Shown: positions 6,892 through 14,335, counted from the stretch's first letter. The stretch is DNA of 32,000 nucleotides from Pyrobaculum calidifontis JCM 11548 (GCF_000015805.1 NC_009073.1:90001-122000); one strand, 5' to 3'. Numbers and translations are program-made. Notes: generated by a model not told the origin, from the sequence alone.

Positions 6892-8007
6892 ATGGGGAAG
6901 AGCTTAGTCGCTGTCGCCATTGTCGCAGTGCTGTATTTTTCGCTCTCGCTCTGGTTTGCCATAACCGTGTTTTCAACCTATGCCTCGACGTACAACACGA
7001 CCAAGTACATCACTGAGGTATTGAGCGCCATTGATGGACACCGCCCATCTTCAATACACTCCTGCTTGACCTCATGCAATGTCGCAATGGGGGGCCCTCA
7101 CGTCCTAAACATTGCGGTGGACAACCCCTCCGTGTACCCCCTTGTGCTACTGGCGCGAGAGACACGCGGCAACGCCACAGTCGCAGTAGTGGCCTACGGC
7201 GCTCCCGCTATTTCAATAGAGTTCAACAACACGCTAGTAGTAACACCCTACCCCACGCACCCCCTCGTGGTTGCAAAGCCCCGGTACATAATAGCGGACA
7301 AGTCAGCGAGCGCCAACGTAGAGACGTTGCAGATCTTAGACGCAAACATGGCCGTGGCGACCCTCTCGCTGTTGGCTGGTGTAATCGCATCAGCGCTCGC
7401 CTCAAGCCACTTTGCCAAAAAGCCCCTTGCGAAAATGTACCACGAGCTTTACACAGCCCCGTGGAGACACCTGCTGTTCCCCTCGCTACTTGCGGCAGGG
7501 CCAGCAATCCCCATCGCTCTCGCCCTCTACCAAGCAATGCGTCCATCGCTGGGGGCGTACCTCCTCGTCGTGGGGCTAAAGCTCGTCTACCCTCTCTTAC
7601 ACGCTCTCTTCAAGGCCTACGTCTTGTCCAAGAGGCTCAGCCTTGCGGACAAGGTCGGCGTCTTGCACACCGCCGATCTCTTCCTAGTGTTCTGGGTAGT
7701 CCACTGGGCGTTTGACCCCCTCACGAACGTAGTGGCGGCAAACTGGGAGTTAGCGTATATGCTGGCCAGCATCGCCTACGCCGCCTCGACGTTTCTACTC
7801 GTCGTCGCCACATTTCTGCTCCCAGCCGCGTTGTTGCCCTTCTTTAGGCTGAGGACGCTACTCCTCCTCGTCCCCTTCGCCCTCAACGCAGAGCTCGCGG
7901 CCAGGAGAGAGCTCTGCCAACGGGCGCGCGGCTCCCTCCTGTGCGTTACTTTGACGGCAGACGGCGAGAGGCACAGCGGCGTAGTACCGCATGCAACGAT
8001 GACGTAA
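6892..8007 (+). CDS. Cassette copy B: uncharacterised polytopic membrane protein, truncated by a frameshift at ~7986
   Basis: The ORF track gives 6877-8007. ATG 6892 lies ~24 nt downstream of TATA-like AGTTATAAAATC (6863-6874). One ORF covers what is split into three fragments in copy A. The frame ends ...GERHSGVVPHATMT* while homology to copy A continues in frame 0. Confidence 0.75.
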   Translation: MGKSLVAVAIVAVLYFSLSLWFAITVFSTYASTYNTTKYITEVLSAIDGHRPSSIHSCLTSCNVAMGGPHVLNIAVDNPSVYPLVLLARETRGNATVAVVAYGAPAISIEFNNTLVVTPYPTHPLVVAKPRYIIADKSASANVETLQILDANMAVATLSLLAGVIASALASSHFAKKPLAKMYHELYTAPWRHLLFPSLLAAGPAIPIALALYQAMRPSLGAYLLVVGLKLVYPLLHALFKAYVLSKRLSLADKVGVLHTADLFLVFWVVHWAFDPLTNVVAANWELAYMLASIAYAASTFLLVVATFLLPAALLPFFRLRTLLLLVPFALNAELAARRELCQRARGSLLCVTLTADGERHSGVVPHATMT

Positions 8008-8462
8008 TTGTGTTAGAGGAAGAAGGGGAGCACGCCCTGCCATGGGGCCGAGTGGACACAGTCACCGCCGTGAAAGAGGTTGCGGAAATAGGCCGAGAGG
8101 AGGCGAAGGCCCTCCTCGCTAAGCTGAGAAATGAGCTCATGCGCAAAGTGGGGCTCAAGGCCGCGACTAAGGGGTACATAGTCGTCGTCAAGAGGGCCGC
8201 TCCACATGACTATATATAGGTCTATGTGGACGGCGGCGGGTGCCGAGCGTCCTTCGACGGTAGGTTGCCCACAGTCGCCAAAGAGGCCGTGGGGAAGGGC
8301 GGCTTCACCGTTGAGTGCCACGGCAAGTCCATATGCATGGACGTTACGCTGGCGCAGTCCAGCGATGACGTCATGTGCTACAAGTGTAAAGCCGACTTAG
8401 TCATCGTCGCCCAAGGCCCCAATAACCCCACCCCCACAGACGAGGAGTGCAATGTGCGTTAG
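7986..8462 (+). pseudogene. Cassette copy B, C-terminal cytoplasmic tail: out of frame with 6892-8007 and carrying an in-frame TAG (8217-8219)
   Basis: Frame 0 reads TACNDDVIVLEEEGEHALPWGRVDTVTAVKEVAEIGREEAKALL...VVVKRAAPHDYI*VYVDGGGCRASFDGRLPTVAKEAVGKGGFTVECHGK... This is colinear with copy A (APYLYICAEGRDCEIAFEGRLPVAGGEAVGRGSAVVKCGGK). The TAG aligns with a Tyr codon of copy A. Confidence 0.7.
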
Positions 8463-8584
8463 ATGCCTCACGCCGCTAAAGCACACCACAGCGCAGGCCG
8501 CACACACCGCCCGCCGAGCCATGCCTACGGTGGAGTAAGCGAGGCACACCACAAAATATTTATTAAACCACGTTTCAAACGCAC

Positions 8585-9031
8585 ATGCCAAAGGCAAAAG
8601 GTATGACATCCCTAGAGGTGGCAATAATAGTCGCAATAGTGCTAGTAATCGCGATAGCGGTTGGCTGGTACCTATACACCACATTCTCCTCAGCCTCACA
8701 ACAAAGCGGAATTACAGTGACCGAAGCAACTATCTATGCCTCAACCAGTGGTAGTACAACTACATACACACTTGTCATGAGACTAACACCCCAAGGAGCA
8801 GCTCAAGTTGCAATAGACAGAATAGAGATAGCGGGAAAACAAATGAAATGCACCAGCGGGAATATTATACAGAGTCCTGGAGAGTATTATGTTACGCTAA
8901 GTGGTATAACGTTGTCTGTCGGCCAAGTGTTGTCGGGCAGAGTGGTACTGCAATCTGGCGCTGTGGCGCCATTTACAGCAACTGTAGTAGCTGGCACGTA
9001 TACGGGTAGCAATCAAATCGTCTGTAGCTAA
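8585..9031 (+). CDS. Type-IV-pilin-like small protein (copy B) with class III signal peptide
   Basis: 148 aa, MPKAKG|MTSLEVAIIVAIVLVIAIAVGWYLYTTF: short basic leader, K-G, then a hydrophobic helix with Glu at +5. TATA-like AAAATATTTATTAAA at 8552-8566. AT-rich codon usage. Confidence 0.85.
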   Translation: MPKAKGMTSLEVAIIVAIVLVIAIAVGWYLYTTFSSASQQSGITVTEATIYASTSGSTTTYTLVMRLTPQGAAQVAIDRIEIAGKQMKCTSGNIIQSPGEYYVTLSGITLSVGQVLSGRVVLQSGAVAPFTATVVAGTYTGSNQIVCS

Positions 9032-9056
9032 GGTTAGACCCGGCTAAGTCCACTCA

Positions 9057-9073
9057 TTTTTTCATATCTTTTT
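9057..9073 (+). terminator. Oligo-T tracts (T6 at 9057-9062, T5 at 9069-9073) downstream of the pilin-like gene
   Basis: cattttttcatatctttttc lies 25-40 nt after the TAA at 9029-9031. Archaeal termination is typically at T-runs. Confidence 0.5.
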
Positions 9074-9192
9074 CTTCTGAGGGTCTTCCTTAATGGTGAT
9101 TATTCCGTTCGTAGTGCTTACAGGTGAAAGTTCTGGAAGTCTACGTAATGCTTGCCGTTTCTGAGTACGTTAAAACTTATGTGTAACTACGC

Positions 9193-10434
9193 CTACTCTA
9201 TCCATTGGACGTTTTGGGGTGTGTAGTGGTTGGGTAGTGTGGTGTCTAGGTTGGGTGGTTTTAGTAGGTGACGCCACTCGGCTGGGCGGGGGAGTATATA
9301 CTCGCTGGGGGTCACGTCGAGCACCCACAGGGTCTCCGCGACGTAGTATATAGTTCCGCATTTGCGGCACTTCCAGCCTTTTCCTCTGCCGAGGCTTTCT
9401 AGGGAGCCTCCGCAGTGGGGGCACCTCTGCCTGATCTTGACGTAGCGGCCGTGGATGTGGGCGCGTTCGACGTATAGGTATAGCGACCCGTGTCTGGGCT
9501 TTAGGCCGCCGTAGAGCTCGACGTAGCACCCGACGCACTTCTCCAACGCCGTGGCTAGTGGGCCTAGGTGGCGGTAGGCGGCGAAGGGGAGGCCGGTGTC
9601 TAGCCGGCCGACGACGTGGCGGGCCTTGGTGCGCCTGGCCTCGGCGATTATGCCCTTGGCGATGTAGTAGGAGTAGGGGTGGGGCTCGTCGTATATTACG
9701 CCGTGGCGCAGGTGGGCGTCTGTGGCTTGGTTTGTGCGGAAGATGGCCCACCCCGCCGGCCGGTACCCCTGCCCCTCTAGGAGGGCCTTGGCGTAGAGGA
9801 GATGGTGTGGGGTGAGGCCTCTGATGCCGTAGTAGACTGGGTCGGGGCCCCTCGGCTGTATCAGGACTCTGCGGCGGTCTAGGTTGTGGAAGGTGAAGGG
9901 GTAGGTGAGGGCCTCCATTGCCTTCACTAGGCTCGGCGGTATCTCGGCTCGGTCTCCCTCGCGGTAGGCCAACAGCTCGAAGGTGGACTCGCGTAAGTCG
10001 GCGCCGATGGCGGCCACTGCGCCTATTTTCCCCCTGCCGCCCCACGTGGTTGCCCCGGCCCGCTCCGCGGCGCTTAGGCTGACCACCTGGGTTAGGGCCA
10101 TGCGGTAGAGGACTTTGGCCCTCTCGGGGACCTCCCCAACGGCCATGGCGATGCCGGGGTCTGTCTTCCCCTCCCGCCTGGCCAGCGCCGTGACTACCTC
10201 CACGGCGAGTCTCCAGAGCTCGTCGGGGTCTGGCACGTCCAGCGCCAGGGCCACCGCGGCGTTGCCCCTGGTCTTGAAGGGGATGTTGGGGTTTAGCCGA
10301 ACCAGGCGGGGGAAGTCGAGGAAGGCCTGGGGGCCCCACCTCTTCAGCACCTCTTTTGCGAGGACGTAGGCCACGTAGGTGGTGCAGCCCCCGCCGTGGC
10401 TGTCTGTGTCGTCGATTCCCAAGAAGACGCGCAC
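9193..10434 (-). CDS. tiaS: tRNA(Ile2) 2-agmatinylcytidine synthetase TiaS
   Basis: 413 aa. N-terminal FLGIDDTDSHGGGCTTY motif and C-terminal zinc ribbon CPHCGGSLESLGRGKGWKCRKCG, matching the TiaS/DUF1743 architecture. GTG 10434 with a TATA-like CACTTAAAC ~22 nt upstream. Confidence 0.85.
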   Translation of the reverse strand: MRVFLGIDDTDSHGGGCTTYVAYVLAKEVLKRWGPQAFLDFPRLVRLNPNIPFKTRGNAAVALALDVPDPDELWRLAVEVVTALARREGKTDPGIAMAVGEVPERAKVLYRMALTQVVSLSAAERAGATTWGGRGKIGAVAAIGADLRESTFELLAYREGDRAEIPPSLVKAMEALTYPFTFHNLDRRRVLIQPRGPDPVYYGIRGLTPHHLLYAKALLEGQGYRPAGWAIFRTNQATDAHLRHGVIYDEPHPYSYYIAKGIIAEARRTKARHVVGRLDTGLPFAAYRHLGPLATALEKCVGCYVELYGGLKPRHGSLYLYVERAHIHGRYVKIRQRCPHCGGSLESLGRGKGWKCRKCGTIYYVAETLWVLDVTPSEYILPRPAEWRHLLKPPNLDTTLPNHYTPQNVQWIE

Positions 10435-10650
10435 GTAGACAAGGGGCGGGGGGTTTAAGTGCCTACAGCCGCCCCTCGCGGCGGCCTTGGCCCGTCGCCC
10501 CGCCTCTACTCCACAGTTGCCAACATTGTTTAGAAGCTTCTCTACCTCTCTAAACGCAGATATGCTGTTCAGAAGACGCTACTGTTGTTCCTTCGGCGAG
10601 AGATTGTTTAAGAATCCGTGCATCTGATTTACTTGCTGAAAGCGGATGAA

Positions 10651-10712
10651 GGGCTCAGTCCGGCCAGGCCGGTCACAGGTCCGCACGCGTCCAGATTCCT
10701 ACATCATCGCCC
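10651..10712 (-). ncRNA. C/D box sRNA candidate (62 nt)
   Basis: Minus-strand sequence GGGC G ATGATGT AGGAATCTGGAC GCGT GCGGACC TGTGACC GGCCTGGCCGGA CTGA GCCC. That is a 4-bp terminal stem GGGC/GCCC, C box ATGATGT, 12-nt guide, degenerate D', 7-nt spacer, C'-like TGTGACC, 12-nt guide and D box CTGA. The spacing fits the canonical archaeal layout exactly. A TATA-like TTATACA lies ~24 nt upstream. Confidence 0.6.
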
Positions 10713-10732
10713 AAAATTGATCCTGTGTGGCC

Positions 10733-10739
10733 TGTATAA
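10733..10739 (-). promoter_or_regulatory. TATA-like box (TTATACA on minus strand) for the C/D sRNA candidate
   Basis: Plus-strand tgtataa at 10733-10739, 21-27 nt upstream of the proposed sRNA 5' end at 10712. Confidence 0.45.
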
Positions 10740-11414
10740 CGTGTGCAATTACTAGGAAAGTGTGGCTGGCTGCGGTGGAGCGGGATATACGCCAAACTTA
10801 ATGCCAGTGATGTCTTACAGTAAATCAGCAAACCTATACATTGTTTATCTCCCTCTGCCCTAGGCAATCTGGAGAAACGGCCCGTTTACCTGGGCGGGGA
10901 ATATCCGTTGGGGTCGTGTCGGATGTCCACTGGATTTCTGTGGCGTGGTATATAGCGTCGCCCCTCTCCACAGCGGTCCTTGCCCTCTTTAGCTCTGCCT
11001 TGAGAAGAGCCGTCCCCACTGGTACTTGACGGTTTCTGTGAACGCCGTGCCGTGGGCTTCGCAAGTGCCTCTCCTCTGGCCTCTTTAGCCTACACATGGC
11101 GGGGCCCGCCTTTAGGTCAGATTCTCTCGCCGTTCTCCCGCCGAAGCGGCGGCGCCTTTAACCCATCGGCGCGCCGTAGTTGAAAAGCGGGGTTCTAAGG
11201 TGGTACAAATAGTGAACACGAGGTAAAGTGAACGCGGCTGTTAAGTCTGAAGAGATGCGTATTTCAGTGACCCCCTCACTTCTACCCTGTCTACACTTGT
11301 TTTAAACCGTGTACTACGCAGTGGCACGTATCTGCGCTCCGAGGAGTTGGCCATGGAGGGGGAAGAAACTTGACTGCAAAAGGGGGACGTCCTTGCATTT
11401 CGGAAAGACTCATC

Positions 11415-11485
11415 GGGGGAGGGGACGATGAAGGACTTGGCAAGGAGTTCCTGCCCGAAACCAGGCCAGCTGACCCCCCCTCTCC
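11415..11485 (+). ncRNA. Second, weaker C/D box sRNA candidate
   Basis: GGGGGAGGGG ACGATGA AGGACTTGGCAA GGAG TTC CTGCCCG AAACCAGGCCAG CTGA CCCCCCCTCTCC. C box ACGATGA (one mismatch), D box CTGA, 38 nt between them (12+4+3+7+12), and a long G/C terminal stem. C'/D' are poor and no clear TATA is seen. Confidence 0.35.
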
Positions 11486-11805
11486 ATATATACTATTTGC
11501 GGATTTAGAAAAATTTTCTCCTTTTCTCCGCTAACGCAGTATTCGACTTTGAGCGTTAGTTTACAGTCGCCTTGGCGGCGGCTGTGCGCTAATTCCAGCC
11601 TCCTTAGCCTTAGTATCATCTCGGTGGGGGGTTTGGAGGGTCTGGGAAGCGTTCTTTAGGATAGGGGGCCTAGTGCGAGGAATTTGTCTATGGTCCCGTC
11701 TTGTGGCTCCTCCGCACAGGAGTGGTGTGGGGGCTTGTCTATCCAGTATGTCCCCTTGGCTAAGACGTAGCTCTCTCCGCCTTGTGCGACGTGTATAAGG
11801 CCGCT

Positions 11806-12618
11806 CTACAGATAGGGCCTGTACCATGGGTCTCTTAGGGAGGGGCGCTGGGTGGAGGAGGTTTCGCCTACCCAGGTCTGGCCTTTTACGGCGGCTTGTG
11901 CCACATTTCTTATGTCTAGGGGTAGGGATGGGCCGTAGTGGGCTAGGGTGTCGTTTGGCGTGGCTACGTGTGGGCGGCTTTTTAGGAGTTGGTGCTCCGC
12001 GGGGGCGAGGGCTTTGCCCCGCGCCTCGTATATGACGAAGTTGGCCTCGTGGAGCTCTTTGGGTGGGTCTTGGCTGTGTTTGAAGACGCAGGGTGGGGTC
12101 TTCGCGTATTTTAGGCCGGCGGCTGTGAGGGCGTCTGCGAGGTAGGAGTTTCTGCAGGCGAGGTCGTACACGCCGAGGTTTATCACGGCGACTACTCCTT
12201 CGAGGATTGGGGGGCCTCTTAGGAGGTCTTTGTACACCCCCGCTATCCAGTCTCCCTGCTCGTCTTTGTCGAAGAGGCGGGCGAAGAATCGGAAGATTGC
12301 GGCCACGTGGTCGACGCTGGTGGGGGTCGGCACTGCCACCACCGCATTGGCGGCCGTGGCGGCTTTGTCCAAGAGGTGAGTCTGGACTGGGTGGTAGAGT
12401 ATGACGAGGTCGGGCCCCATCCTCTTGACGGCGTCGAAGTTCATGTCTACGAAGGTGCCTACTATGGGGGCCTTCATGAGCTCCCGGGGGCGGTAGGTGA
12501 AGGCGTCGCGGCCCGCCAGCTCGACGCCCAGCAGGGCCAGGAACTCGTTTACCGAGGGGTTCAGCGACACTACCCTCTTAGGCACCCCGTCTACCTCGCC
12601 GCGGAGAATCACGGCCAT
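11806..12618 (-). CDS. BtuF/FhuD-type (TroA-like) periplasmic-binding-protein-fold protein without a signal peptide
   Basis: The ORF track gives 11806-12744. ATG 12618 (MAVILRGEVDGVPKRVVSLNPSVNEFLALLG...MGPDLVILY) lies ~19 nt downstream of TATA CAATTATAAAAAG (plus 12632-12642). The upstream extension is Pro/Arg-rich junk. Confidence 0.7.
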   Translation of the reverse strand: MAVILRGEVDGVPKRVVSLNPSVNEFLALLGVELAGRDAFTYRPRELMKAPIVGTFVDMNFDAVKRMGPDLVILYHPVQTHLLDKAATAANAVVAVPTPTSVDHVAAIFRFFARLFDKDEQGDWIAGVYKDLLRGPPILEGVVAVINLGVYDLACRNSYLADALTAAGLKYAKTPPCVFKHSQDPPKELHEANFVIYEARGKALAPAEHQLLKSRPHVATPNDTLAHYGPSLPLDIRNVAQAAVKGQTWVGETSSTQRPSLRDPWYRPYL

Positions 12619-12750
12619 GCCCGCTCTCCACTTTTTATAATTGTCCTCGCACAAGCGCGCCTTGCTGGCGGCTGTACGTCCCCGGGGACCGGTTTGAGGC
12701 TGAGGAGTTCGGGGGCCGTAAGGCATAAATAGTGCGGAGGGCATTTTGTC

Positions 12751-13370
12751 GTGGAGTTTGCCCAGCTTAAGGCCGCTATTTTGAAGTTGCTGAGGGAGGA
12801 TGAGGAGTTTAGGTACGCAGTGGGTGGGCTAATTGGGTTGGAGGAGATTCTGAGGAGGCTGGACCGCCACGGGGAGGAGTTGGTGAAAATTTGGGAAGAG
12901 CTGGCAAGGCTGAGAGAAGACATGAACAAGGGGTTCGCGCAACACGAGGAGGAGTTGGCCAAGCTTAGGGCTGAGACAGAGAGGGTGTTTCGCCGTCTTG
13001 ACGCGCTTGGCGCTAGGTGGGGGGTGATGAGCGAGGCGGCGTTTCGGGAGGGCCTTCGGGGCGTTGACGAGAGAGAGAGCTCGGTCTCAGAGTGGAGCGT
13101 TGGACGGCGTACGACGGGGAGGGGAGGGTGTTCGGCTTCCCCAGCGAGGTGGAGGTGGATCTCGCCGTTAAAGATGGCAAAGTTATTCTTATCGAGATTA
13201 CGTCCCACGCCAGGGCGCCCGACGTGACTATCTTCAGGAGGAAGGCCGACCTATACGCCGAAAAAGAGGGCAGAAGGCCAGACAGGCTGATAATAATCAC
13301 CCCCTACGCCGAAGAAGACGCGAAGAAGGCCGCAGAGAGGTTTGGAGTCGAGATTTACACGGGGGTGTAG
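12751..13370 (+). pseudogene. Frameshifted paralog of 3630-4565 (coiled-coil + PD-(D/E)XK-like, DUF3782/DUF1626-like)
   Basis: GTG 12751 follows TATA GCATAAATAG. Frame 1 reads ...FREGLRGVDERESSVSEW... and runs into junk. Frame 0 from ~13068 reads RERELGLRVERWTAYDGEGRVFGFPSEVEVDLAVKDGKVILIEITSHA...IIITPYAEEDAKKAAERFGVEIYTGV*. The junction is a (GA)5 tract at 13069-13078. Confidence 0.8.
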
Positions 13371-13450
13371 GCGCCGCGGCGGCGTTGCGAATTTAACGTT
13401 AGATTCCCCGTTGTATAATCGGGGACCTTAATAGCCTAAGCTTGGGGTGA

Positions 13451-14110
13451 CCTTATGTTGTCTCTAGGCTTGGTGAGGAGGAGTTGGACCTGTTGACTTC
13501 GCAAGTGGGGCCAGATAAGGCGGCGGTGATAGACAGTGCGCTTTCTGCTGTGGCTGGGGAAAGATATGCCGTGCTCGAAGTTGTTGAGAGTTTATGGGGG
13601 CGATGCGGAGGGAGCGGTGGGTCACCTTAAGTGGATTAAGCCTTGTGTCTCTGACTGGCATGTGGACAGAGCTGTTTCTCTTCTGAAGAGACTTGGGCTG
13701 TATGCAGAGGCCCAGAGCGCATTTGGATGGCGGTGCCGTTGTAGATAGAGGCCTTTAACGCAATTGCCAGAGGTTTGTTCAAAGCGTCTTTGTTAAACTC
13801 TGGATCTGTCAGCAGTGCAGAGATATACGCGCTTGAGAAGCCGCCGACGAGCAACTGGCGCCCTGTCGAGGCGCTTATGTCGAACGGGGTCGAGGTTTAC
13901 CTCCCTACGATGGAAGAGATGGTGTTGTATCTAATTACTACAACAGGCTTTAGTAAATTAGCCGAGTTTGATCCTAATGGTATTGTGATAGTCTCATATG
14001 CGCTGGCGGATCGGCTGTGCTCATATCCTCTCACCAAGGCGCTTCTCAGTAGTAGAGAGCTCAGGGTAGGGAGGCTGAGGGTGCTGTCGCCTGGCGAGGT
14101 AGAGGGGGGC
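13451..14110 (+). pseudogene. Possible decayed gene: three protein-like segments in frames 2 / 0 / 2 with an in-frame TAG
   Basis: Segments are LGEEELDLLTSQVGPDKAAVIDSALSAVAGERYAVLEVVESLWG (frame 2), GDAEGAVGHLKWIKPCVSDWHVDRAVSLLKRLGLYAEAQSAFG (frame 0), and IEAFNAIARGLFKASLL...VEVYLPTMEEMVLYLITTTGFSKLAEFDPNGIVIVSYALADRL...RVLSPGEVEGG (frame 2, after TAG 13742-13744). No family recognised. The 3' part of ORF 13775-14371 is antisense shadow of 14336-14617. Confidence 0.3.
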
Positions 14111-14335
14111 GCCGCGTACCCCCGCTTCTGTTGGGGTATTGATCTTGCCCCCTACCCGGGCCTCGCCGCGGTCTCATTGGCCCTGTTTGGGGGCCGCGTC
14201 CCCGGCTGGTTTTTACCCCCGCCTTTCGGCGGCCCGCCGGGGACCTCCGCGGGCGGGCGGGAGGTTCCAGGGGCGGCCCGTCTCCGGGCTTGCCCCGTTC
14301 CCCTCGGCGCCCCGCCTCTCTGTGGGTGTGGGTTT

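Noticed and set aside
9170-10339. 389-aa ORF on the same strand as tiaS in another frame
   Set aside because: It is extremely Arg/Pro/Gly-rich and low-complexity, and it is nested entirely within a gene with clear TiaS motifs. This is a typical shadow ORF of GC-rich DNA. The same applies to 15400-16194 (inside OFOR beta), 5704-6171, 14061-14627 and 27028-27348.
10745-10835. AGGAAAGUGUGGC ... ACAGUAAAUC, reminiscent of RNase P RNA CR-I/CR-V (GAGGAAAGUCC / ACAGAA)
   Set aside because: The sequence after ACAG cannot pair with the putative 5' P4 strand, and no other conserved RNase P or SRP elements were found. The resemblance is limited to 6-7 nt.
10651-11485. 7-nt complementarity between the D-guides of the two C/D candidates (GGCCTGG vs CCAGGCC)
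   Set aside because: It is short and GC-rich, so it is expected by chance. There is no biological rationale for sRNA-sRNA pairing without further evidence.
3274-13744. In-frame TAG codons at 3274, 8217 and 13742 as possible amber recoding (readthrough or pyrrolysine)
   Set aside because: TAG is the ordinary stop of many intact genes in this window, including the hisC-like fragment, 3630-4565, tiaS, 11806-12618 and the YkgJ-like gene. No pyl genes or recoding signals are seen. One TAG aligns with a Tyr codon in a paralog, a one-step TAY-to-TAG change. Simple nonsense mutations are more parsimonious.
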